Shown here: positions 1 through 8,907 of the stretch, in pieces
Numbering within the stretch: the stretch's first letter is position 1
How the letters are laid out: every line of letters begins with the position of its first letter
Origin: a virus
Length of the DNA: 64,000 bases
IMG/VR virus record: IMGVR_UViG_3300017917_001616
Location: 10,983 to 74,982 of that record
Reading direction: 5' to 3' (one strand)
Notes under the pieces: generated by a model
Databases searched by the model: none
What the model was told of the DNA's origin: nothing
The model's input: only the letters and a program-made list of their open reading frames with translations
Made by a program: the position numbers and the translations under genes

Positions 1-70
1 AAGAGAAGTATATATTGATAGTGAAAACTATGAAGATTATGACTCAGATGACGAAGATAAATGGTAAGTA

Positions 71-526
71 ATGAACTGGTTTAGAGAAATCCGTCAGGAC
101 ATATCTCAAATTATTCCTGCAATTGATTATTACGAGTCGCAACTTGCACAAGCTCGTATTGAGTGCGGTCTTAAAGGCAATGTCGAAAAACATAGCCGTG
201 ACATGCCGGGTATAGTTGAACATAGGTTTAATCAATTGCAGGAAATCGAAGCAATATTAGAATATCTAAATATTGAACTTCGTAAAAAAAGAACCGAGCA
301 TTACAAGAAATTTTTAGAACACTATAACCGTGCATTGACCAGTCGTGATGCTGAAAAGTATGTAGACGGCGTCCAAGAAGTTGTAGATCAACAGCACATC
401 GTAAATGAATTTGCACTCATCCGTAACAAGTATATGGGTTTAATCAAAGCCCTTGATGCGAAGCAATTTCAGATTAATAACATAGTAAAATTAAGAGCAG
501 CAGGACTAGAAGATGTCTCATTATAA
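71..526 (+). CDS. uvsY: UvsY-like recombination mediator protein
   Basis: 151 aa helical protein with Y..HYNRALTSRDAEKYVDG and KQFQINNIVKLRAAG motifs typical of T4-like UvsY. Confidence 0.7.
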   Translation: MNWFREIRQDISQIIPAIDYYESQLAQARIECGLKGNVEKHSRDMPGIVEHRFNQLQEIEAILEYLNIELRKKRTEHYKKFLEHYNRALTSRDAEKYVDGVQEVVDQQHIVNEFALIRNKYMGLIKALDAKQFQINNIVKLRAAGLEDVSL

Positions 527-962
527 TATTGCAATCGGTTCCGATCACGGGGGCTATGAACTAAAAACTGCCATTGTAAAGCATCTGTCGGGCCGAGATC
601 CGTTTGCAGACTTTTATACATGCAGCGTGACTGATTTCGGATGTTATAGCACTGAAAGTGTAGATTATCCAGACTACGCTCATGCAGTGTGTGGCGCAGT
701 TGGCGAGCATGACAATTTTGGTATTTTAATTTGTGGAACTGGCATTGGGATTAGTATTGCAGCCAACCGTCATGCCCACATTCGGGCAGGACTTTGCCAT
801 ACTGTCGAAACTGCAAAGCTAACGAGACAGCACAACAATGCAAATGTGTTGTGTTTAGGCGGTCGCATTACTTCAGTTGAAGATGCTATTAAGATAGTTG
901 ATGCATTTTTGACTACCGAGTTTGAAGGTGGACGACACCAAAAAAGATTAGATAAATTGTAA
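513..962 (+). CDS. rpiB: Ribose-5-phosphate isomerase B
   Basis: GSDHGG, SVDYPD, CGTGIG, HNNANVL, FEGGRH motifs. Confidence 0.95.
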   Translation: MSHYNIAIGSDHGGYELKTAIVKHLSGRDPFADFYTCSVTDFGCYSTESVDYPDYAHAVCGAVGEHDNFGILICGTGIGISIAANRHAHIRAGLCHTVETAKLTRQHNNANVLCLGGRITSVEDAIKIVDAFLTTEFEGGRHQKRLDKL

Positions 963-970
963 AATAGTTC

Positions 971-1000
971 TTGCAATCCAAGAGCTCATACACTATATTA
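971..1000 (+). promoter_or_regulatory. Early sigma70-like promoter with conserved spacer element
   Basis: ttgcaa-tccaagagctcatacac-tatatt; variant of the motif at 2179, 7056, 25032, 26530. Confidence 0.6.
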
Positions 1001-1028
1001 TAAATGTAGGCGATAGAGGAGACTGCCA

Positions 1029-1316
1029 ATGACGAAACCCGCTCGTAAGACTGTTGAAGTTGGTAAAGTTCTTAAGATTGCAAATAACTTCCTTGCTGCG
1101 AAGCACACCACTGCCGACGAGCGTGAAGCTGTTGCTGCAGTGATGGAAGCTATCCTGTTTGAAACAGGTAACTATCGTGGGTATGCATACCTTCCCAAGG
1201 AGAACTACCCCGACGAAGTTGACGGGCTCGGCACTCGTCGTCGTTACTTTGTAAGCGGCACTATCGACGCTGACTACGAGGCAGAAGACCGCAACATCAA
1301 CAAGATTCGTGTGTGA
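1029..1316 (+). CDS. Hypothetical early protein
   Basis: ORF with gagga RBS downstream of promoter. Confidence 0.7.
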   Translation: MTKPARKTVEVGKVLKIANNFLAAKHTTADEREAVAAVMEAILFETGNYRGYAYLPKENYPDEVDGLGTRRRYFVSGTIDADYEAEDRNINKIRV

Positions 1317-1327
1317 GGAGAATAAAC

Positions 1328-1561
1328 ATGCGTAACTTTGGCCATAGGAAAGATGGAATGGACTGGTTCTTTGACAGGGTGTTTCCTAAATTGTTTATGA
1401 CAATTTTTGCAATTGCCTTTATCGCTATCCTTGTGCAGTTTGCAGTCATTGGATATGCCGGCTATAAGTTGGTAACCGATCCTAGCGGAACTGCCAACTT
1501 CGTAGGAACGATTGCAGGCGAGGCTATCCGTCCTGTTGCTGACGCTGTTCGTGGAGAATGA
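1328..1561 (+). CDS. Small membrane protein
   Basis: gaggag RBS; hydrophobic TM stretch. Confidence 0.6.
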   Translation: MRNFGHRKDGMDWFFDRVFPKLFMTIFAIAFIAILVQFAVIGYAGYKLVTDPSGTANFVGTIAGEAIRPVADAVRGE

Positions 1562-1740
1562 TTTTGAGATATACTGTTGCAATTGACTATGCAGATAACA
1601 GTCCTACTAAGTGGCACTCTGCAATTTTAGAGTGGCAAATGTTAAGTAACACTCTTTATTTACGTGGTAGTGATATTGAAATTTTGATTCCTATGACAGA
1701 AAATATCATTAACGTTAATATAACTAAAGACGAGGACTGA
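1558..1740 (+). CDS. Hypothetical protein
   Basis: Overlapping ATGA coupling with upstream gene. Confidence 0.5.
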   Translation: MILRYTVAIDYADNSPTKWHSAILEWQMLSNTLYLRGSDIEILIPMTENIINVNITKDED

Positions 1741-1841
1741 CATGGACTGGACCATCGAAGAATATCTAGCGTTCGAGAGACACCTACTTGAGCAAATGGA
1801 AGAAGACGAAGAAGACGAAGAACCCATCTACTGGTGCTAAT

Positions 1842-2171
1842 ATGTCGGAATTTCTTATCTCATGGGATATAAATGGCATCGAAGCTATTATTCCCATTGG
1901 TGAACAACGCAATGTAAATTTAGTAGCTAAGTTGTCTGGGCAACGAGAACCCTATAACATTGGATCGACATACAATATGCTATGTATGCGAGCTCGATTC
2001 AACCCGCAACGTTCTCCACAAATTTGGGGTATCAATGTAGACGACAGTATCACCGAAGCAATGCTTCGTGAGATTGCAGACGCCGACCCACAAGTTCTTG
2101 TTGATCTTGTGAAGGAAAAAGGAGTCAAACTTTACGGAGATAAAATCCAAAAAAGTGTGATTTCTTATTGA
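1842..2171 (+). CDS. Hypothetical protein
   Basis: ORF; likely start MSEFLISWD. Confidence 0.65.
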   Translation: MSEFLISWDINGIEAIIPIGEQRNVNLVAKLSGQREPYNIGSTYNMLCMRARFNPQRSPQIWGINVDDSITEAMLREIADADPQVLVDLVKEKGVKLYGDKIQKSVISY

Positions 2172-2178
2172 ATAGCGG

Positions 2179-2210
2179 TTGACATTCAAGAGCTCTTACA
2201 CTATATATAA
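2179..2210 (+). promoter_or_regulatory. Early sigma70-like promoter with AAGAGCTCTT palindrome in spacer
   Basis: ttgacattcaagagctcttacactatatataa, identical copy at 26530. Confidence 0.75.
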
Positions 2211-2241
2211 TATGTAGGCAGAAAAGAAGAGGACTTCAAAG

Positions 2242-2655
2242 ATGGCTTATGTGTCCCAAGAAATGAAACGTGCTAAAGCCCCTGCTATCAAAGCAGTGCT
2301 TAAAAAGTATGGCATGAAAGGCACGATCAGTGTTGATAACCATTCGTCGCTTGTTGTGACTCTTAAAGAAGGTGTGCTGGATCTGATCGGCGAAGCTAAC
2401 CGTTCCAACAAAGAATACGCCGAACGGCGCAATGAACGTTTTTACCCTGTAGAGGGTAACTACAGCGTTAACACTTACTGGATCGATGAAAACTACAAAG
2501 GTAAGATCCGGTCGTTCTTTAAAGAGCTGCTTGCTGCTATGCGGGGCGATGACTGGTTTGATGAGAGCGATGCGATGACCGATTACTTCCACACTGCGTT
2601 CTACATCAACATCAATGTTGGTCGTTGGAACAAGCCCTACGTTCATTCGAAATAA
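2242..2655 (+). CDS. Conserved early phage hypothetical protein
   Basis: ORF with RBS; DxMTDYFHTAFYININVGRWNKPY C-terminus seen in many large phages. Confidence 0.75.
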   Translation: MAYVSQEMKRAKAPAIKAVLKKYGMKGTISVDNHSSLVVTLKEGVLDLIGEANRSNKEYAERRNERFYPVEGNYSVNTYWIDENYKGKIRSFFKELLAAMRGDDWFDESDAMTDYFHTAFYININVGRWNKPYVHSK

Positions 2656-2666
2656 GGAGAAATAAA

Positions 2667-3002
2667 ATGCCTTGCAGATCTGATGGTTGGGATACTCCTG
2701 AAACTCCGAAACGTAACGGTCTAGATATTGATCAGTTTGAAGCAACCCTCTGTGCGTTGTTCACTATGATTGAAGTTAATGCCCCAGAGGGCGAAAGCCT
2801 AAAAGAAGCTCTTGACAAGGTCGACTGGCGAGAAGCAGGCGTAAAGCGTGGACATGTTGAGGCGTGGTGGACACGCCACAAGCGCCAAGATGAAGATCGC
2901 CGCAAGCGTGAAGCTGCTGAAAAGCGTAAGGCTGAATTGCGTAAAGTTGCTATCGGAAAACTAACGCCAGAAGAACTTGACGTCCTCGGTATTCGACTAT
3001 AA
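2667..3002 (+). CDS. Hypothetical protein (MPC-start family)
   Basis: aggaga RBS then MPCRSDG. Confidence 0.7.
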   Translation: MPCRSDGWDTPETPKRNGLDIDQFEATLCALFTMIEVNAPEGESLKEALDKVDWREAGVKRGHVEAWWTRHKRQDEDRRKREAAEKRKAELRKVAIGKLTPEELDVLGIRL

Positions 3003-3373
3003 TATAATGACACAAGCAACGGAGAAGACTATGGAAAATATTCACAGTGGTTATCTTCCTTACCTAACTCGTTTGCAACGGACGAAATACGGTAAGCACA
3101 AATACTGGATGAAAATGCTGAAGCAATGGTCTGACGGAAGAATGACTGTCCAGTTTATTCCATACGAAACGGGAGACAACTAATGGCATATTATATCCGT
3201 ATTGAAGGTGAAATTATTGCCGTTGCAACCGATGAAAAGGATGCAGTTGCTATTGCTACCGGTATGGCTATTGATCCCGATAAAAAAGATAAAAAAGTTA
3301 CAGTTACAAAAGAATAACGTTGACAAACTAGCGAAAACAAGATATAAATAATACTGTAACAAGAGATACAAAA

Positions 3374-3667
3374 ATGAAACTAGCAGATTACTTTATGATT
3401 CGAAAAGATTTGTTTAGAGAAGGTAACCAAGTTCTACTGGACTTCGGTAACTATCATCTAAGCATTGTTGACGACGGCATGGGTAAAACTGCAAATCTCT
3501 TTGAAATCGCAACCTTTAATTCCAATGACGGAATTGCATCGGACTTTGTTGAACTGCCTGGCATTACTGATAAGCGTGGTGTTCGTGGTTACTTGACAGA
3601 AGACGATGTTGACGCTATTATTAAAAAGATGTATAGTGTAACTGGTCGATTACCTGTTCAGATATAA
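3374..3667 (+). CDS. Hypothetical protein
   Basis: ORF after ttgaca-type promoter. Confidence 0.65.
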   Translation: MKLADYFMIRKDLFREGNQVLLDFGNYHLSIVDDGMGKTANLFEIATFNSNDGIASDFVELPGITDKRGVRGYLTEDDVDAIIKKMYSVTGRLPVQI

Positions 3668-3702
3668 AAGTTGTTTTTTGCTGGTTTGGGAGTTTTTCTG
3701 AT

Positions 3703-3779
3703 CTGCCCGTAGCACAACTGGATGGTGCAAGGCACTTCTAATGCCAAGGTTGGGGGTTCGAGTCCCTCCGGGCAGGCCA
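3703..3779 (+). tRNA. tRNA-Arg(TCT)
   Basis: Cloverleaf, loop cttctaa, GGTTCGAGTCC, CCA. Confidence 0.9.
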
Positions 3780-3832
3780 AAAAAACTTCTTATCTTGCGC
3801 TCTTATTATAAATATAATAAAAGGAGTGCAAG

Positions 3833-4312
3833 ATGCCAGGACCAAAACCTACTGTATCTAAAGAAGATATTATTGATCTTATAAGCCAAGGATATCTCAA
3901 AAAAGAAATTGCTACTAAGTTAAATGTATCGTTATCGACTATTAAAAGACACAGTTCGGGACTAATTACAAAAAGAATAAGCTCTAAATATATTTGTCGA
4001 ACATGTAGTATAGAAGGTAAAGAACATTTTTATAAAGATGCAAAGTATCAATGTAAATCTTGTTGGAATAAAAGATCATATACTGCTACTAAATCTAGAA
4101 TTGCAGAATATATGGAATCTAGAGGTGGTGCAAAATGTCAAATATGTGGTTATGATAAATGTGTAGCTGCTTTAGATTTTCATCATAGAGATCCTAATGA
4201 AAAGGATCCGTCATGGAACAGAAGTTGGAGTATTAAAAGATTAAAAACTGAACTTGACAAATGTGATATATTATGTTCAAATTGTCATAGAGAATTACAT
4301 TGGTTAAGTTAA
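3833..4312 (+). CDS. HNH homing endonuclease with N-terminal HTH
   Basis: HTH, CxxC pairs, ALDFHHRDP...LCSNCHRELH; AT-rich insertion between tRNAs. Confidence 0.85.
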   Translation: MPGPKPTVSKEDIIDLISQGYLKKEIATKLNVSLSTIKRHSSGLITKRISSKYICRTCSIEGKEHFYKDAKYQCKSCWNKRSYTATKSRIAEYMESRGGAKCQICGYDKCVAALDFHHRDPNEKDPSWNRSWSIKRLKTELDKCDILCSNCHRELHWLS

Positions 4313-4316
4313 AAAT

Positions 4317-4399
4317 GCGGGCATGGTGAAATGGTAGCCACGAGAGACTTAAAATCTCTTGCTCAATGCGTCCCGGTTCGAGTCCGGGTGCCCGCACCA
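4317..4399 (+). tRNA. tRNA-Leu(TAA), long variable arm
   Basis: agaga-cttaaaa-tctct, CCA. Confidence 0.9.
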
Positions 4400-4406
4400 G
4401 AAATAC

Positions 4407-4483
4407 GCCCTTGTAGCCCAACCGGTAGAGGCAGGAGACTTAAAATCTCTGTGTTGTTGGTTCGAATCCGACCAGGGGCACCA
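4407..4483 (+). tRNA. tRNA-Leu(TAA), short variable loop
   Basis: ggaga-cttaaaa-tctct, 77 nt, CCA. Confidence 0.85.
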
Positions 4484-4489
4484 AAGTTT

Positions 4490-4566
4490 GGGGGATTAGC
4501 TCAATTGGTTAGAGCGTCCGACTCATAATCGGCAGGTTATCGGTTCAAGTCCGGTATCCCCTACCA
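4490..4566 (+). tRNA. tRNA-Ile2(CAT) (lysidine type, probable)
   Basis: CAT anticodon, ileX-like body, next to tilS. Confidence 0.8.
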
Positions 4567-4570
4567 AAAC

Positions 4571-4647
4571 GGAAGGATAGTATAATTGGTGAATGCATAC
4601 GTCTCATAAACGTAACTATCTGGGTTCGAGTCCCAGTCCTTCCACCA
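4571..4647 (+). tRNA. tRNA-Met(CAT)
   Basis: tacgt-ctcataa-acgta, CCA. Confidence 0.85.
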
Positions 4648-4662
4648 AAATAGAGTAATACG

Positions 4663-5268
4663 ATGATTAAAGTCCAAGGCAAACTTCCTAGAGACGTAGT
4701 AGTTGCTTGCAGCGGCGGCGTTGATAGTATGGCTATTGTTGATTTTCTAAAAAGAAATCATCGTATTACTCTACAGTTTGTGCATCATGGCACGGAAACT
4801 AGTGAACAAGCACACCAGTTTCTAGTGCAATATGCTGCAGATAATCAACTTAAACTATACACGTCACATATCAACACTGATCTTCCTAAAGGCGTAAGTC
4901 AAGAAGAACACTGGAGAAACGAACGTTATAAAATTTTTAATGCTTGGCAGAAACCGGTTATTACTTGTCATCATTTAGATGATTGTGTAGAGACTTGGAT
5001 TTGGTCAAGTATGCACGGCGAGGGTAAAGTTATTCCCTACCAAAATGAAAATGTAATTAGGCCTTTTAGACTAAACAAAAAACATGAGTTTATCAATTGG
5101 TGTAAACGAAAAAATGTAAGTTGGATTGAAGATAAATCAAATCTTGACACATCATATATTAGAAACTATATTCGTAACAATATTGTAGAACAACTGTTAG
5201 TTATTAATCCAGGCTTACATAAAGTAATCGCAAAGAAAATTGAACAAGAACACAAAGGACACATGTAA
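4663..5268 (+). CDS. tilS: tRNA(Ile)-lysidine synthetase (minimal catalytic domain)
   Basis: PP-loop SGGVDS, HHLDDxxET, IRP, EDKSN..Y.RN.IR motifs. Confidence 0.9.
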   Translation: MIKVQGKLPRDVVVACSGGVDSMAIVDFLKRNHRITLQFVHHGTETSEQAHQFLVQYAADNQLKLYTSHINTDLPKGVSQEEHWRNERYKIFNAWQKPVITCHHLDDCVETWIWSSMHGEGKVIPYQNENVIRPFRLNKKHEFINWCKRKNVSWIEDKSNLDTSYIRNYIRNNIVEQLLVINPGLHKVIAKKIEQEHKGHM

Positions 5269-5840
5269 TGGAAATCTCACTACGTAAAGCAAACGCACTA
5301 CAACACGCCATCAACGAGATGCTAGGCACACTAGACCTTAGCACTGAAGTCTCGATTAATGAATTCGAGAAGCCAAGCGAAAAGGTAACCGAAGCAACTG
5401 CTCGCTTTGCTACACACATGGCTACTCGTAGCAAGCTAATTGCTGTGCTTTACGAGATTCGCAAGGCTGTTGCAGATGCAAATGCAGCGTCTGGGATCGA
5501 CGGGCACCTTGCAGACGTAGCAATGCTAGACAAAGATATCCAGCTATATGGGCGTCTAAGCAAGCTAGAGCCTGCAGTGGCTAACGATGTGCTAGTCGGT
5601 AAGCTAGGCAAGATTAAGGGACGTGACAAAGCAGACGTTTACGGGCGTTTCGGCGACGACACTGTCACAACTAACATCTTCGATAAGGAAAAGATCGAAG
5701 AATTCAAGTCAGAGCTTGCTCGTCTGAAGCGAGCAAAGACTGCACTGCAAGATGAATTGCTAGAGCTTAACGTAAGCACTACAATCACACTGGACGACGA
5801 AACAGAGCGTTTCCTTGTTCGTGCAGGAATCGTAGAATAA
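5268..5840 (+). CDS. Coiled-coil protein, possibly DIP1984/septicolysin-like
   Basis: MxISLRKANAL start and LQDELLELNVSTTI end resemble the DIP1984-type helical hairpin pattern; family call is inference. Confidence 0.5.
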   Translation: MEISLRKANALQHAINEMLGTLDLSTEVSINEFEKPSEKVTEATARFATHMATRSKLIAVLYEIRKAVADANAASGIDGHLADVAMLDKDIQLYGRLSKLEPAVANDVLVGKLGKIKGRDKADVYGRFGDDTVTTNIFDKEKIEEFKSELARLKRAKTALQDELLELNVSTTITLDDETERFLVRAGIVE

Positions 5841-5889
5841 GTTTTGGTAGATGCAGGGCAAGGTAACTTGCCCGAAACTACCCGGAGTA

Positions 5890-6119
5890 GGAGAGAGAAA
5901 CGAGAATAAAGGCGGGCAAGCGTTACTTGCATATTCAAACGATCGGTTTTTGATCTCCGCTGTGTGTTCCGATTTTATTATATTCGTCTTAATTGACACT
6001 GCATTTTGATAATCGGAAATATAGGCATTGTAGATTGCGTGTTGTTTGTTGCAAAAGTAGGTCTGTATACCACGCTACATGCACTTTGCTGGATCTTTAT
6101 TACTCACTCTTTCCTCTCT
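5890..6119 (+). ncRNA. Putative structured RNA downstream of the coiled-coil gene
   Basis: Ends complementary (gagagagaaa/gagaataaag with ctttattactc/tttcctctct); internal TTG repeats at 7-nt spacing. Confidence 0.5.
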
Positions 6120-6130
6120 GTTTTAGTTTA

Positions 6131-6207
6131 GCCCTTGTAGGCCAATTGGTAGAGTCGGCGGATTCAAAATCCGCATAGTGTCGGTTCGAGTCCGACCAAG
6201 GGCACCA
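6131..6207 (+). tRNA. tRNA-Leu(CAA), short variable loop
   Basis: gcgga-ttcaaaa-tccgc, CCA. Confidence 0.88.
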
Positions 6208-6233
6208 AATATTTTGTATTAAGGAAGTATAAT

Positions 6234-6617
6234 ATGCGTAGAGATGGGAGAAATGCAATGCGTAGTGTTAAGATGAATCGTGACGAACTTTTAAAGATTG
6301 TCAAAGAAAATAAGATTAAGCACGTTGCCGAATACGAAGAAGCAGTGAATGATTATAAAGCACTTGCTGTTAAGATTACAAAAGAAAATGTGAAGCTAGC
6401 AAACACCGGCGACTTGGATAAAATTAAAGATATCAAAAGCATTCCGTCTGCACCACGTAGCTACGAGAACGATTACAATCGTGCAGCACGTATGCTTGAA
6501 CTAAGCGTAGAAGACGTTATCGAACTTGAAGATGATGTATTCAACCAACTAGTGCTTGACGAATGGTCTTGGAAACAATCATTTACTGTAAGCAACAGTA
6601 TGTATAAATCAATGTAA
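6234..6617 (+). CDS. Conserved phage hypothetical protein
   Basis: ORF with aagga RBS; FNQLVLDEWSW C-terminus. Confidence 0.75.
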   Translation: MRRDGRNAMRSVKMNRDELLKIVKENKIKHVAEYEEAVNDYKALAVKITKENVKLANTGDLDKIKDIKSIPSAPRSYENDYNRAARMLELSVEDVIELEDDVFNQLVLDEWSWKQSFTVSNSMYKSM

Positions 6618-6639
6618 TACTCTGTAAAGAGTAACCAAG

Positions 6640-6790
6640 TTTAGTCTGCGTCTTGTAGTTTATAACTGAGATTCACTACTTAAGGCGTAACAATGGACCG
6701 ATAAGAACATTCGAAGTAAGAAGTCCTAACACTGCTGGTAAAACCGTTAAATGCTTTCTCAGGCTGTGCAGTTGCCGGACGCAGACTAAA
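6640..6790 (+). ncRNA. Putative ~150-nt structured RNA
   Basis: 13-bp terminal inverted repeat tttagtctgcgtc/gacgcagactaaa. Confidence 0.45.
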
Positions 6791-6870
6791 TAATTTAAGA
6801 TGATAAATAAAAGTGTAAGATAATTTTATCTCAGATGATAAATAAACTTATATAAGGAATACAAAGTTCA

Positions 6871-6960
6871 ATGATTACATGCGGAACCACAGCACAGAAT
6901 ACATGGTCACTAGGGGGCAATCCTAGTGTCGATTCCGTGCGGGCGGGCCGAGGTAGTTAA
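6871..6960 (+). CDS. Putative leader peptide (29 aa)
   Basis: aagga RBS, MITCGTTAQNTWSLGGNPSVDSVRAGRGS, followed by terminator. Confidence 0.5.
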   Translation: MITCGTTAQNTWSLGGNPSVDSVRAGRGS

Positions 6961-6985
6961 GAACAAACCAAAAAGTTCGAACACC

Positions 6986-7017
6986 AAGGCCCCAAGCGAA
7001 AGCAGAGGGGCTTTTTT
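6986..7017 (+). terminator. Intrinsic terminator after leader ORF
   Basis: aggcccc...ggggctt plus T-run. Confidence 0.7.
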
Positions 7018-7202
7018 AATGGCTCAAAAAAAGATAAAAAAAGACAAAATAACAGTTGACAGGCAAGAACTCATACACTATATGTAACTAGTAAGGAACG
7101 CAGACGCAGCAACGCAGAGCTTCCAAACAAAAAAGAAAAAAGTTGTTGACAAGGCAAAAACAAGACGCTAAGTTAACAAGGTAAGCAAGAAGTTGTTTAC
7201 AC

Positions 7203-7213
7203 GCTCTTTGACA
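7203..7213 (+). promoter_or_regulatory. rrn-type boxA antitermination site
   Basis: gctctttgaca downstream of ttgaca promoters at 7056 and 7147. Confidence 0.65.
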
Positions 7214-7316
7214 ATTTAGACGTATTACGGTAAGCTATAGTAGCTTATCACATTCCTTAGCGAAAGCGATGATAGGGATTGTAAGTAGACAATGTATGCA
7301 CCAACATACATTAACT

Positions 7317-7448
7317 AACTCTACTTACACGTATGTTAGAAATGGGGGTAGCACGGTTCGACTCCGTGCGTGGTTGGGTTGACCTATGCAAAAAGCCGGC
7401 GGGCGCTCGCTGTTTCGAAGACAGACTAACATACTTGTAAGTAGAGTT
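7317..7448 (+). ncRNA. Closed-stem small RNA with T-loop hairpin (family B)
   Basis: aactctacttaca.gtatgttag / ctaacatac.tgtaagtagagtt enclosing gcacggttcgactccgtgc. Confidence 0.55.
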
Positions 7449-7559
7449 AATAACTAGCGCAGGGGGATGACCCCGTAAGACGCAAGAGACTCGGCACTGC
7501 TAGGCTTATAGCAGCTAAGTCGCCCTTGTTGCCTGGGGTAGAGCCCATAACTGTTATGT

Positions 7560-7635
7560 TCCGTCTTAGCTCAGTTGGTAGAGCAGGTGACTGTTAATCA
7601 CCGGGTCGCTGGTTCGAGCCCAGCAGACGGAGCCA
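7560..7635 (+). tRNA. tRNA-Asn(GTT)
   Basis: Canonical cloverleaf, CCA. Confidence 0.93.
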
Positions 7636-7643
7636 AAAATTAT

Positions 7644-7722
7644 CTGGGTGTAGCTCAGCTTGTGTTAGAGTGCTCGCCTTGGAAGCGAGAGGTCGAAGGT
7701 TCAAATCCTTTCACCCAGACCA
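7644..7722 (+). tRNA. tRNA-Pro(TGG)
   Basis: ctcgc-cttggaa-gcgag, CCA. Confidence 0.9.
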
Positions 7723-7810
7723 GATACATCACGGTGCTGCATAAGCGAGGCTTAATCATAAATGCAGTTAAATCACTAACGGGCAGCGGTTAGCAGAGCC
7801 AAAAACATAC

Positions 7811-7898
7811 GGAGCGGGGGCAGGATGGTAATGCAGCAGATTGCTAATCTGTAGAGGGGGCAACTCCTCACTGGGTTCGACTCCCAGTCGCTCCGCCA
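7811..7898 (+). tRNA. tRNA-Ser(GCT)
   Basis: Long variable arm, G73, CCA. Confidence 0.92.
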
Positions 7899-7970
7899 AT
7901 GGCACACTAGCATCAGGCTAGTCCAGACCGTAAGGTTAACGGTGACAAGCAGGGAGAGTCCTGCACACAC

Positions 7971-8080
7971 ATTCTACTTTAAACTATGCACAAGGCGTAG
8001 GCCACGCCGATGTTATGGCAACAGGTTGGCATTTGCTGACTAGGTGGTTCGATTCCACAGTGTATAGTTTAAAGTAGAAT
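7971..8080 (+). ncRNA. Closed-stem small RNA with T-loop hairpin (family B)
   Basis: attctactttaaactatgcac / gtgtatagtttaaagtagaat enclosing gtggttcgattccac. Confidence 0.55.
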
Positions 8081-8082
8081 AT

Positions 8083-8159
8083 TGCGGGGTAGAGAAGTGG
8101 TCATCTCGCTTGGCTCATAACCAAGAGATCGCTGGTTCGAATCCAGCCCAACGCAACCA
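8083..8159 (+). tRNA. tRNA-Met(CAT), initiator-like with irregular acceptor stem
   Basis: tgcgggg start, ctcataa loop, extra A in the 3' acceptor strand. Confidence 0.75.
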
Positions 8160-8262
8160 AATTTCCAGTCTTAGTTACTAGGATCTCTCAGTTAAAAGCT
8201 GTCCTAGTGTAAAGCAATGTCCTAAATGGCTTGCTTCTAAGGTAGCTGGAAAGCCAACAGTT

Positions 8263-8353
8263 GGACACTTGGCAGAGATGGATTATTGCACCGGTCTTGA
8301 AAACCGACGACGCTGAAAGGCGTCCCAGGGTTCGAATCCCTGAGTGTCCGCCA
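8263..8353 (+). tRNA. tRNA-Ser(TGA)
   Basis: Long variable arm, CCA. Confidence 0.92.
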
Positions 8354-8359
8354 TAAATT

Positions 8360-8433
8360 GGCCCTATGGTATATGGGTATTACACTAGGCTGTCTACCTG
8401 GTGAACGGGGTTCGAGTCCCCGTAGGGTCGCCA
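8360..8433 (+). tRNA. tRNA-Asp(GTC)
   Basis: ctagg-ctgtcta-cctgg, G73, CCA. Confidence 0.9.
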
Positions 8434-8436
8434 AGA

Positions 8437-8606
8437 TACTTGAGTGTTAGTAAGTGAAAGGTGCAACAGTTTAGCGGCTGTTGTAACAAGGAGATATGCA
8501 ATCCTCCGAGTAACTGTAATAACGGACCCCAAGGACGCAAGTCCATAACTGCACGGCCGAAAATTTGCAGATAATGCTGTTGATGTTGTGGCAACAGGCT
8601 CAAGTA
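8437..8606 (+). ncRNA. Putative multibranched small RNA
   Basis: tacttgagt/gctcaagta closing stem with several internal hairpins. Confidence 0.4.
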
Positions 8607-8634
8607 ATAAAATAAAAAAAAGATAAAAAAAGTG

Positions 8635-8706
8635 TTGACAATGACAACAACACATACTATATTAAGAACATAAGCAGCAAACGTGTTGTTTATGCGCTCT
8701 TTGAAA
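8635..8706 (+). promoter_or_regulatory. sigma70 promoter plus boxB-like hairpin and boxA
   Basis: ttgaca..tactat, hairpin taagcagca/tgttgttta, gctctttgaaa. Confidence 0.65.
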
Positions 8707-8717
8707 ATTTGGTAAAC

Positions 8718-8902
8718 ACTGTGTTTAAAACTAACACGATACTAGATACTGTGTATAATGCACCGTTGGTTAGTGACCAGGTATTAGTAGGCTGAACAGC
8801 GTTGGGACGCAACTGTCGCAAAGACAGGAGGACTGGTTCGATTCCAGCAGTAGCAATTTACTCTCGAGGTGGGTTGCTTATTGTGTTAGTTTTAAACACA
8901 GT
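8718..8902 (+). ncRNA. Long closed-stem RNA with T-loop hairpin
   Basis: ~23-bp IR actgtgtttaaaactaacacgat / attgtgttagttttaaacacagt; ctggttcgattccag inside. Confidence 0.5.
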
Positions 8903-8907
8903 ATAAC

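Noticed and set aside
5890-6790. Retron msr-msd elements
   Set aside because: Terminal inverted repeats are present but there is no reverse transcriptase in the window.
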